Sequence record: OQ427096.1
Length of the DNA: 64,000 nucleotides
Strand: one strand, 5' to 3'
The position numbers were made by a program, and so were the translations under genes. Shown in pieces: positions 17,821 to 27,006 of this stretch. How positions within the stretch are numbered: position 1 is the stretch's first letter; every line of letters begins with the position of its first letter. The notes under the pieces are model-generated. The model searched no databases. It saw nothing but the letters and a program-made list of their open reading frames with translations, and was not told the origin of the DNA.

Positions 17821-19097
17821 ATCATCTATTCGTTTATCAGCCGTATTCTGTCTGGCCCTTCCGTGGAAAGGCTTTTATGCTTCGCCAAGGCCTCGAACCT
17901 GTCATTGATCCAACGATCTCAGTTGTATGGAATGGATACAACTCTGAGTATCGTCCATTGATGAAGCTAGCACCTGATCAGACTAAGGGTGTCTATTCGC
18001 ACTCAAACACGACAGCGAATGTTCACCGTTACTTTGATGTAACTACAACCGGTCTAAATCCTACCAATGCAACAGCTGCATTTGCAGGCTTCATCAATGA
18101 CTCGTTTGCAGGCCAAGATTACTATGGTTGGGTTGGTTCTACGTCATCGTTCATCAACGCTTTCCGATGGTCTGATCACAGCCTAATCACCCTTGTCAAA
18201 ACTGGCCTGGGCGAAGTCTATAGTTGCTCCTTGCATCCTAATGGATATCACCTTGCAGTGACCCACGGTACGACTCCATTCTTGCGATTGTATGACCTGC
18301 GCGATGGCTCGTATGTTGATGCAGCATCAGCTCACTTGAACTATTCGACTTGTAAGTGGACTCCTGACGGAACTGCGCTTGTTTCGGTTTCCTCGAGCTC
18401 TCCATACGTTTCAAAGTGGAACCCGAGCATTACAACAAGAACATCTATCAGCACAAGCTCCGCATACTCTCACTCCTCATCTTATGTTGGTGGATACCAG
18501 TATGGGTATGGCGCAGTTAAGGGTATCGATCACTGGACAAAGCCAGGTGCAGTGCTGATGTCTGTCTGTTCGCTGGGTAACGCACCTTACTTGTTTGAGG
18601 TTGACACCGTAACAAATACCATCACAAACGTTCCGTCAGGAAACACGGAATATCTTTATTGGGCAGCATACGACAGTAAGTTCAACAAGCTCTATACCTA
18701 CCAAGGAACCAACGGTTATACCACGGTTCAAAATTTCCGTAGGTTCAACGGAACAACTTATGTCGAGGAACCAATGGTGTCCGCGCCACAATCGCTAGTT
18801 TCCAGCAGTTCGACTGGAACATCTTGTGCGCTTATGATTGTGAGTGCAAAGACAGGAACTATCACCGGTACGGTTCGAGACGTCAACAACAATCCGGCTG
18901 CTCGTAAGATCCGAGCATATCGTCGTTCTGACGGACTGCTTGTTGCTGAGACAACCTCAGACGGAACGACCGGTAACTACACGATCATCACTCCAACCTC
19001 AGACACTGAGGCATACGACGTTCAGTTCGTTACCAACAATGGCGAGCTATTGAACGATTTGTTCTACGCACGCACCACACCTGCAGCGGTAGCATAA
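17817..19097 (+). CDS. Beta-propeller-like tail protein with C-terminal beta-sandwich module
   Basis: Probable start MNHLF at 17817 (ATGA overlap). WD40-like blades (SCSLHPNGYHLAV, CKWTPDGTALV). Confidence 0.55.
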   Translation: MNHLFVYQPYSVWPFRGKAFMLRQGLEPVIDPTISVVWNGYNSEYRPLMKLAPDQTKGVYSHSNTTANVHRYFDVTTTGLNPTNATAAFAGFINDSFAGQDYYGWVGSTSSFINAFRWSDHSLITLVKTGLGEVYSCSLHPNGYHLAVTHGTTPFLRLYDLRDGSYVDAASAHLNYSTCKWTPDGTALVSVSSSSPYVSKWNPSITTRTSISTSSAYSHSSSYVGGYQYGYGAVKGIDHWTKPGAVLMSVCSLGNAPYLFEVDTVTNTITNVPSGNTEYLYWAAYDSKFNKLYTYQGTNGYTTVQNFRRFNGTTYVEEPMVSAPQSLVSSSSTGTSCALMIVSAKTGTITGTVRDVNNNPAARKIRAYRRSDGLLVAETTSDGTTGNYTIITPTSDTEAYDVQFVTNNGELLNDLFYARTTPAAVA

Positions 19098-21496
19098 TGC
19101 CAAGAAATTTTGTAACTGTGAACGGCACTGTCAACATTGATGGTGCTGCTCGTCAAAAGGATATCACACTGTTCTCTTACGGGAACGGTGCCAATCCTAC
19201 CTACATGACTAAAGGCACAAGCAGCCCAGTAGACGGAACGTACTCTATCATCGGACTCAAGGAGCGCGGACAGCATATCCTTGGCTTAGCATCATCTGAT
19301 TATGGTCCTACATGGCTACCTGGAACAGCTTATACGGTTGGTCAAACGGTACTCCCTAAGACCGCTAACAACCACTGGTATACTTGCACAACCGCAGGTA
19401 CCTCTGATACGATTGAGCCTAACTGGGTTGTTGGTGGAGACTTCACGATTGAGTGCTGGTTGAACAGAGCTTCAGACAACAACATGTCTGTCATCTCAAA
19501 GCTAGGCCCTAACTACGATGGATTTGCTTGCATCACACGTGGTGGTGCAGTCGGTTTTATGGTCAATGGGTTTGAGTACAACTCTGCTCCTAATGCAACT
19601 GCAAGCAGCACGTGGTATCATGTTGCCTGGGTTATGACCGGAGGCACAATGCGAATCTATGTGGATGGTGCCATTGTTGTAGAGCGTGCTGGGCTGTCGA
19701 TTCTTCCTAATACCTATGATGTGGTCATTGGTGCAGACAACGGAACAGGTGTTCGCGCTAACTTCTTCAATGGATTCATTGATAGTGTCCGAATCACTAA
19801 GGGTGTTGCTAGGTACTCTGGTAATTCATTCAATGTACCAACAAAGGACTTCCCTTCCTTCGGACCAGTTGATCCTCTGTCTCCTGAGACTAAGAGCCTG
19901 ATGCGGTTTGACGGTGTTGAAGGTTCAACCACCTTTGAAGATGAGAAAGGCTTTACCTGGTCAGCTCAGTCAACAGTCGCTCTCCAGACAAACCAATACA
20001 AGTTTGGTGGGTCCTCAGCATATTTCAATAATGCGTACGCTGGTTGGATGAAGGTAGACTACAATGCCGATTTCAATCTCAACGGTGATTGGACAATTGA
20101 GACATTCTTCCGTCTCGATGGAAACACTGCCAACGTCACACCTCACATCTTTGAGGTCAGCAATGGCCCAGGTCAGCGTTTGAATGTTTTTCGAGACAAT
20201 CAAGGCAACTTGTCGTTCTATACTGAGTACACCAATGGTGCAAGTGGTGTGCGCCTCACCTATCCAATTTCTCCTGACACATGGTACCATGTTGCACTTG
20301 TTAGAAGTTCATCAGGTGTTAAGATGTTCGTCAACGGCAACTTGGTTGGTACCTACACAGGTGCCGTTATTCCTGCTGCCTCAACTGCACAGATCTACCT
20401 CGGAAACTACTCGTTCTCTCCAAACACCAACGACGGTTTGAATGGTTGGATCGATGAATTCCGTTTCACTCGTGCAGCCAGATACACATCTTCGTTCACT
20501 GTTCCGACCACTGCATACCCCCGAGCAGGTGGCGACCCGTCCTATAACAACGTATCGTCTCTGATCAAATTCAACGATTCAATCGTTGATGAAAAGGGTC
20601 CGGTTTGGACATTCAGCGGTGACGGTGGCCCGAGACAATGGGCGTACAAGTTCCCACCTGGGGCTCTCTACCTTGTTGGTAGTGGTTCGATGTCCACACC
20701 AAATTCAGATAGCCTCAATCTAGTTTCCAAGACTAGTTTCCCTGATGGCACTGCAAAGTGGATTGACAGCGGCGCAACGGAGTCACCTATTGCAAGAGGA
20801 CCGTTCCAGATTCCTGATCCTGTTGCAGACACGAGCACAATCTTCCTATCTCGCAATCACGAACTGCCTCCACAGGAAGAGATGACAGCAGCTAGGGCTG
20901 TAGTATATGGAGGCTGTACCTCGGTTAGTAGCAAATTTGCTGGATACAAAGCGATCAAGTTTGATGGATCAACCGCAGGTCTCTATTACCCTGCTGTAGC
21001 GCCTGGCTCAGGTGATTGGACAGCTGAAGGCTGGTTCTATATGGACGCCTTGTCTCCTTCATCTTCGCAATGTGTTCTATACATTGGCGACATTGGTAGC
21101 AACAATCATCGCATTCAGATGGGACCAACAACTGCAAACGGAATCGAAGGATTTGTAAGCGCAGGGCTCAACGGTGGAACTTCCTCATTCGCATCTTCAA
21201 ACCCAATTTCGGGAGGAAGCCTCATCCAGTCAAACACCTGGTATCACATTGCTTTTGAAAAGTTTGGAAACAATACATATTTGTATCTGAATGGAAATCA
21301 AGTTGCTACTGCAACATTGGTTGCAAACTATTGGATGGCTCCTGCTTCAACTGCCAATACCTACATTGGTACAGGACGCGTGTCTAGCGTGACTCGATTC
21401 ATCAATGGCAGAATCGGCGAGGTGAGAGTTAGTAACGTTGCACGCTACCAAGGTGTTGCGAGCTTCCAAATTCCAACGGCGCCTTACACGGTTTGA
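19097..21496 (+). CDS. Multi-LamG receptor-binding or tail fibre protein
   Basis: Three DFTIECW/DWTIETF/DWTAEGW...WYHVA...G.IDE/S.R.T..ARY LamG cores; N-terminal WLPGTAY...WYTCTTAGTS module. Confidence 0.75.
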   Translation: MPRNFVTVNGTVNIDGAARQKDITLFSYGNGANPTYMTKGTSSPVDGTYSIIGLKERGQHILGLASSDYGPTWLPGTAYTVGQTVLPKTANNHWYTCTTAGTSDTIEPNWVVGGDFTIECWLNRASDNNMSVISKLGPNYDGFACITRGGAVGFMVNGFEYNSAPNATASSTWYHVAWVMTGGTMRIYVDGAIVVERAGLSILPNTYDVVIGADNGTGVRANFFNGFIDSVRITKGVARYSGNSFNVPTKDFPSFGPVDPLSPETKSLMRFDGVEGSTTFEDEKGFTWSAQSTVALQTNQYKFGGSSAYFNNAYAGWMKVDYNADFNLNGDWTIETFFRLDGNTANVTPHIFEVSNGPGQRLNVFRDNQGNLSFYTEYTNGASGVRLTYPISPDTWYHVALVRSSSGVKMFVNGNLVGTYTGAVIPAASTAQIYLGNYSFSPNTNDGLNGWIDEFRFTRAARYTSSFTVPTTAYPRAGGDPSYNNVSSLIKFNDSIVDEKGPVWTFSGDGGPRQWAYKFPPGALYLVGSGSMSTPNSDSLNLVSKTSFPDGTAKWIDSGATESPIARGPFQIPDPVADTSTIFLSRNHELPPQEEMTAARAVVYGGCTSVSSKFAGYKAIKFDGSTAGLYYPAVAPGSGDWTAEGWFYMDALSPSSSQCVLYIGDIGSNNHRIQMGPTTANGIEGFVSAGLNGGTSSFASSNPISGGSLIQSNTWYHIAFEKFGNNTYLYLNGNQVATATLVANYWMAPASTANTYIGTGRVSSVTRFINGRIGEVRVSNVARYQGVASFQIPTAPYTV

Positions 21497-21588
21497 AACA
21501 CGGTTAAATATCTCAGTCTATAGGGCTGATATCTTATCTGTGTTGAACGCGCTATCTGAAAATCTAAACGACGCCGCAGGTAGCTTCG

Positions 21589-24500
21589 ATGCCACTTGAT
21601 TTCATTGCGTCTAATCTAACCCATACCAAACCAGTAGGAACTCTGGACTTTGTAAGCCCGGAAGGAATGCTATTTGATATTGAGATTGGTGATGGTGGCG
21701 AGTTCAAGATTGCCGGTGCACTTACAGGACAATTCCTCCAAGCTTCTTGGGGAGGTAAGCCTGTCTATGGTCACCCTGCACATGTTGTTGAATCCACCTG
21801 GGGCAATGGAACCTACATCGGTGCAGGTATTGCACGTCGTAGCCATGTCAATGTTCCTACCATTGTCCAGCAGAAGTTAATCAAACCTGCTGGCCTTGAT
21901 CAATCAGAATTCGGTGTAGTTCAGACCAACCCAACCTCCAAGTATGTTCACCCTACAGGTGGACAGATCGATACAACTTGGTTCGGTGCAAGAGGATACT
22001 CTGCTCCTGTAACTGCTGTAGGCGCGTCTTGGTCCGACCAGATTGTAATTTCTCCTCTTGCGATTGAGTCGACGCTCACCTTCGGTGATGCAAAGATCGT
22101 CCCTGAACAGAACATTGAACCTTCCGGTTGGGTTTCAACTCAATTCGGTAACAGCTATGTCTTGCATTGGTACGAGTACGCTCCGCCAATGTGGACTCTT
22201 GATGGTTCATGGGCTGGTAAGGACGAATACTTTGACGCTAAGGATGGTGTAATCCATGCCTTGTGGCGCCCACCTGCAGATTCACAGACAATCGCTCCTA
22301 TTGCATTCGTTGATAGTGCAATGGGTAGTCCGCGCGTACGTCAAGCTGTAAAGCCTGAGGGTATTGCGTCTACTGTCAACTTCGGTATCGCTCAGCTATT
22401 CCCTTCGATCTGTAATAACTGGTCGTATCAGGGCGCAACCAACCGCATTCCGATCACGTTTGACAATGTTGCTGAGGCATACCCAGGCAACCGCATCCCG
22501 ATTGAGTTCCGTTGCGGATCGTCAGGAATTCGATACTCCGACTTCGAAGGCTTTATCGAAGCGCGTGATGGTGCCGAACTCCAGGTCAAGATGTATGACG
22601 GCTATCTGTCGCTCAACATCGGTGAAGGTGCTACTCTAAGTCCAATTGATCTGACGACACGAGTCAGCATCCCGCTCAACTTCTATGATGGTGCGAGCTG
22701 GATTGGTGGCCGTGGATGCGTTAATGTATCAGGTCTAGTCAACATTGGCTCGAGCGGTAACGCTACACCAAGCCCAACGCTCAACTCTGTTCGCCTTCAG
22801 AACAGTGGTGATCCGACCATTGGTTCTTCGGTTGGTACTCCTATCCTTGACGTATCTGGTCAAGACACATTCGAGTACTCATGGACACAGACCCTCAACG
22901 GTCCATGGTACGACAACGACTTTACAGATGCGTTCCTTGAGTTCGGTGTATTCTTCAACCGTCCTCATAGCACCATCACAACGGCGACCGGTTACTGGGA
23001 ATACGGCACTCCGTTCAACTCCAATAATTCACCTTGGCTGAGCTTCAGAATCCCTCGCGATCCTGAAAGTAAAACAGTCCCGGTCTATGCGCGCGTTGGC
23101 AATGAGACAATCACCCTCCAGCCATTTGAGAAGCCAGCTGGCCTCGATCTTTTTGCTGGTGGTAACCGTCTTCGTGTTCGTTTCCTACGCAACGGTCTAA
23201 CGCTTACTCTTGAGATCTACTACGGCGACACTCTGCTGTCTAGGCAGAACCCGCCTGTATCCTGGCCAACAAGCGTTGTCCCTGTTTGGTACTACCGTAA
23301 CTACAACACCCCATCCTCGTACATTGACCTTGCAAACATGCTGGGCTGTACGGATGGTCTGCTGACAACTTACCCAGCTACCAACTTCAACTTCGGTGCA
23401 AACTTCTACGATGGTCAATCGGTTGCGCTTGATCTGTCCACGTCGACGATCCTGCCAATCAATAGCTTCGCCGAAGATGCTTATCTGGCTGCGGTACTTG
23501 ATACACGTCCAGTCGTAACATTCCCGATCAACGTCTATGAAGGCGCCTCGGTCGACCTAGCACTCAACACCACGTCTACGCTACAGCCTGTAGCATACGA
23601 TGGCGGTGTGTTCGACTTTGATATCAAGATCAACCCATCTGCAGACCTCCTGTTTGCAATGGCAGATGGTGCTTCAGCTTCGATTGGTCTGTCAACTGCA
23701 TTGCAGCTTGGCGCAGTCAGCATGTTCGAAGGCGCGGCAGTTTCAGCGTCGCTTGATACACTCGAAAACTACTACATCTACGATGGCGCGTTCGTCGAAG
23801 TCGGATTCTCGACTGAAACCACGATGCCAATGGATGGTTACGCTGGCGAGACGGTGCAGGCTACACTTGATGTTCGTCCATCACAGGGTATCGGCACTCT
23901 CGGTATCTATGAAGGTGCGAACGTTGTCACGTCGTTCACTACGCTGCCTCAGGTACTGCTGTATCCAAATGAGATCAAGGATGGACACTCGTTCAACTAT
24001 GACATCCTCGGCTTTATGGGGATTGACCTCAACAATACTGCTTGCTGCCCAATCAAGGACAATCCAGCACGTATTGAACTGACTGCTGGACCTGCACCAG
24101 ATGAGCGTTACGACGGCGACAAGACTGTCTTCACTGCTGAACTGTCCACACTACCACGTTTCAGCCTGAATGTCTACAGCGGTGAGCGTTTTGACTCAGT
24201 TGATCCTGAGTACCTGACGTTCAACTTCTATGAAGGCTCAGGTGCAATCGTTGATCGTGTCGAGTACAGCCGTTACAACTTCAACCTGTGTGAGGGTAAC
24301 TTCCTTCCAGATGGCGATCATGTCAACGTCGAGCTTATCGCAACCGATTCGCTCTGTAATGACTCGACTCTCATCTTCGATGGTGGATTCGTTGATCTTG
24401 ATCTTCAGAACAATGTGCAGTTTGCTGTACCTTTGCCTGCAGGTGAATACCTCGATGCAGTGGTCACAATCGACAACGCCTGGATCATCAACTTCCTGCA

Positions 24501-24783
24501 CGGTGAATATGTACGTGTATCGAATCCCGAATTCCCGCTCAACTTCTACGGTGGCGAAATGTCATCCGCTAAGTTTGAAGAGGAAGACATCTACGGCTTC
24601 TCCGGCGAGTATGTTTCGGTCAACCTGTCCACTGACTACGACGTTGAGTTCCTTGAAGTAGGCTGCCTTGACAACGAGTTTGTTCCTGCAAACGAGAACG
24701 GCGACCCTGATTGGGATAAGTTCAATCCTGTTCCAGTTGAGCTCGACTTCTTCAGCCACTCAATCAAGGCTCGATGCTTCTAA
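21589..24783 (+). CDS. Large acidic virion structural protein with internal repeats
   Basis: 1064 aa. N-terminal I.P.G..S..FG repeats and C-terminal ~20-aa [YF][DE]G[AE]xV repeats. TAAATA at 21505. Confidence 0.65.
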   Translation: MPLDFIASNLTHTKPVGTLDFVSPEGMLFDIEIGDGGEFKIAGALTGQFLQASWGGKPVYGHPAHVVESTWGNGTYIGAGIARRSHVNVPTIVQQKLIKPAGLDQSEFGVVQTNPTSKYVHPTGGQIDTTWFGARGYSAPVTAVGASWSDQIVISPLAIESTLTFGDAKIVPEQNIEPSGWVSTQFGNSYVLHWYEYAPPMWTLDGSWAGKDEYFDAKDGVIHALWRPPADSQTIAPIAFVDSAMGSPRVRQAVKPEGIASTVNFGIAQLFPSICNNWSYQGATNRIPITFDNVAEAYPGNRIPIEFRCGSSGIRYSDFEGFIEARDGAELQVKMYDGYLSLNIGEGATLSPIDLTTRVSIPLNFYDGASWIGGRGCVNVSGLVNIGSSGNATPSPTLNSVRLQNSGDPTIGSSVGTPILDVSGQDTFEYSWTQTLNGPWYDNDFTDAFLEFGVFFNRPHSTITTATGYWEYGTPFNSNNSPWLSFRIPRDPESKTVPVYARVGNETITLQPFEKPAGLDLFAGGNRLRVRFLRNGLTLTLEIYYGDTLLSRQNPPVSWPTSVVPVWYYRNYNTPSSYIDLANMLGCTDGLLTTYPATNFNFGANFYDGQSVALDLSTSTILPINSFAEDAYLAAVLDTRPVVTFPINVYEGASVDLALNTTSTLQPVAYDGGVFDFDIKINPSADLLFAMADGASASIGLSTALQLGAVSMFEGAAVSASLDTLENYYIYDGAFVEVGFSTETTMPMDGYAGETVQATLDVRPSQGIGTLGIYEGANVVTSFTTLPQVLLYPNEIKDGHSFNYDILGFMGIDLNNTACCPIKDNPARIELTAGPAPDERYDGDKTVFTAELSTLPRFSLNVYSGERFDSVDPEYLTFNFYEGSGAIVDRVEYSRYNFNLCEGNFLPDGDHVNVELIATDSLCNDSTLIFDGGFVDLDLQNNVQFAVPLPAGEYLDAVVTIDNAWIINFLHGEYVRVSNPEFPLNFYGGEMSSAKFEEEDIYGFSGEYVSVNLSTDYDVEFLEVGCLDNEFVPANENGDPDWDKFNPVPVELDFFSHSIKARCF

Positions 24784-24826
24784 GATTTCTTTAGTAAGTA
24801 ACCAGTAATCAAAGAAAACTTTACAA

Positions 24827-26107
24827 ATGGCTACATGTCTTGAATCAATTGCTGCGATGGGAGGGATTGGATCTCTGCAGGAGATCTTCCCTAACACTGT
24901 CATGCCTTTCAGCGTGACGTCGACGGCTAACAAGCTGTTTAGGCTCCGATCGCCTCAGTTCCAGTCTGTTCAATTTGCATTCAACCTTGCAGGTAACTCC
25001 TGGAACACACAGATGACGGTGTTCAGTTGGAACGGTGCAACGGCGACCGCAATTGGTTCGGCGTCTATCACATCAGCTTTTGTCAGCGTTACAATTGACT
25101 TCCCTGTAGGTGATTACATCATCTGCCTTCGACCAGGAACTGCAACACCTCAGTCGGGGACCTTCACTGCTTCATTCACAGGCTACTCACAGACAGCAAA
25201 TCTCGTGGTAGATATGTTTGGTGGCGAAGAGTACTCATGCATCGTGTCTGATCCTCCAAGACCGCCGCGTGAGTGTAATGAGGCTTTGTTCTTTGAGGTT
25301 CTTGAAGGAGAACTCCCGCCTGGCTTACAGATGGATTTTCAGGGAACAATCACTGGTCTTTTGCCAAACCTTGATTGCCTTGAGGACACACCTGCCCCTG
25401 CTGTGAACTGGTACTTTACCGACAACGACGGTACGTCATGGCCTTGGGGTCGTCAGTGGAGATTCAAAGTCAAGGTATGGGTCAATGGTCTGAAAGACAC
25501 AGCCTTCGATGAAGATTGGTTCTGTGTCAAGATCCACAACAACTGGACATTCGACCTTGACAACTTCATGGAACAGAGTCCATTCCAAAGAGTGGATTAT
25601 GTCCGTGTCGTAGAGCCACCAAAGCCACTCGAGGTTGAGTGCGCACCTTGTGCTCAGATGGAAGAAGTACAGTTCATCCCTCAGCCAATTGACGCTGTCT
25701 GTGAGCCTTGCCAAAACTCTACGGTTGCCAATCAGGTTGAGTTGATTGCGATCCCGGTTGAGCTTGCAGGTATCGATCCGAACGATGTCGTCACCTGGTA
25801 TGACTTGAACAAGGACACTGTCTTCACCAACCCATACCTTGAGAAGTTCCGTGATGATTTGAGAGACTCACAAGTTTTCAAGATCATCACAAACTATCGA
25901 GAGACCAATCCTTACGAGAGCCTCGAGTACGCTGTAGCATCCAACTATCAAAACTATCTCCAGCTTGCTGAGATTCGTCTTGACCCTACAACAGATCCAA
26001 ATAACCTCTCTGTTTTGATGTCTCAATGGCGTGACTACATGAATCAATCGCTACCAACCACACCAATTGGATACGGAGGAGAGACTTTCAGTGTCAACCT
26101 TGCCTGA
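24827..26107 (+). CDS. Virion structural protein with putative Ig (He_PIG-like) domain and CxPC motifs
   Basis: FEVLEGELPPGL.MD..G.ITG Ig signature; CAPC and CEPC motifs. Confidence 0.6.
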   Translation: MATCLESIAAMGGIGSLQEIFPNTVMPFSVTSTANKLFRLRSPQFQSVQFAFNLAGNSWNTQMTVFSWNGATATAIGSASITSAFVSVTIDFPVGDYIICLRPGTATPQSGTFTASFTGYSQTANLVVDMFGGEEYSCIVSDPPRPPRECNEALFFEVLEGELPPGLQMDFQGTITGLLPNLDCLEDTPAPAVNWYFTDNDGTSWPWGRQWRFKVKVWVNGLKDTAFDEDWFCVKIHNNWTFDLDNFMEQSPFQRVDYVRVVEPPKPLEVECAPCAQMEEVQFIPQPIDAVCEPCQNSTVANQVELIAIPVELAGIDPNDVVTWYDLNKDTVFTNPYLEKFRDDLRDSQVFKIITNYRETNPYESLEYAVASNYQNYLQLAEIRLDPTTDPNNLSVLMSQWRDYMNQSLPTTPIGYGGETFSVNLA

Positions 26108-26321
26108 TCAATGCGATCCGTGTCCTGTAATCGAGCCGTTTGTGCCTGTTGCCAAACTGCCGGACGTGCTTTGCCCTTGCCCTGAAGAAGTCGAAAAGCC
26201 TTCTATTCTTCCAACCATCACGACACAGGAAGTGATCACCTATTGCTTGAAGGACGCACTTTACGCAATGGCGACGCAACTCTACTGTGATCTAAACAAC
26301 GGTCCAAAGGGCTGTAGGTAA
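26091..26321 (+). CDS. Small Cys/Pro-rich protein
   Basis: In-frame GTG at 26091 preceded by GGAGGAG; CDPCP and CPCP motifs. Confidence 0.45.
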   Translation: MSTLPDQCDPCPVIEPFVPVAKLPDVLCPCPEEVEKPSILPTITTQEVITYCLKDALYAMATQLYCDLNNGPKGCR

Positions 26322-26332
26322 ATATTCAAGAT

Positions 26333-26617
26333 ATGGGACTACCAACTTGCCGAATGACAGATATGACCATGGGTCACGGATGCTATCCGCCCCAGAAGGT
26401 CTTACAAGGTTCACCAACGGTTTTCATCGAAGGTTTGCCGGCTCACAGAGTTGGTGACGCGATCCAGCCACATTGCTGTGATCACTGTCACCCTAGCTTT
26501 GCGGCAATGGGTTCCTCCACAGTCTTTGTCAATGGACAACCACTCATGCGAATCGGTGATTCTGCAAACTGTGGTTCCAAATTGATGACAGGCGCAATGA
26601 CAGTATTGGCAGGCTAA
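26333..26617 (+). CDS. PAAR-repeat spike tip protein (T4 gp5.4-like)
   Basis: GHGCYPP..V.QGSPTVFIEG.PAHRVGD...PH...H....GSSTVFVNG.PL.RIGD...CGS. Confidence 0.9.
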   Translation: MGLPTCRMTDMTMGHGCYPPQKVLQGSPTVFIEGLPAHRVGDAIQPHCCDHCHPSFAAMGSSTVFVNGQPLMRIGDSANCGSKLMTGAMTVLAG

Positions 26618-27006
26618 TGGCTGAGAACAAAATCTTTTCCGACCTAGACTTGAACATGATCCCGAATCCTCATACGGGTGACCTCATGCCTAAGGTGAAT
26701 CAAGAAGCTATCAAACGCTCTGTAAGGCATGCCTTCAAGTTGAACGCGTATGATATCCCATTCAACAACTCAATCAAGTCTAGCCTGAAGCACTATCTGT
26801 TCGAGCAGAACACCCAGCTCACACGCGCTGCGCTTGAGACTGATCTCCGATGGCTAATGACCAAAGTCGAGCCGCGCATCGAAGTTCAGACGATTAATAT
26901 CGTTGCGCCTAAGAACAAAGATGGCTTTGACATTACCATCACCTACAAGATCAAGTCGATCAATACCATCGACTCGTTTAACCTGATTGTCGAGAAAATC
27001 CGATGA
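26617..27006 (+). CDS. gp25: Baseplate wedge gp25
   Basis: FSDLDL...NP.TGDL......AIKRSV and EPRIEV motifs. Confidence 0.85.
   Translation: MAENKIFSDLDLNMIPNPHTGDLMPKVNQEAIKRSVRHAFKLNAYDIPFNNSIKSSLKHYLFEQNTQLTRAALETDLRWLMTKVEPRIEVQTINIVAPKNKDGFDITITYKIKSINTIDSFNLIVEKIR

Noticed and set aside
26067-26110. Programmed frameshift joining 24827-26107 to the Cys-rich downstream ORF
   Set aside because: No canonical slippery site is seen. An in-frame GTG with GGAGGAG RBS explains the small ORF independently.
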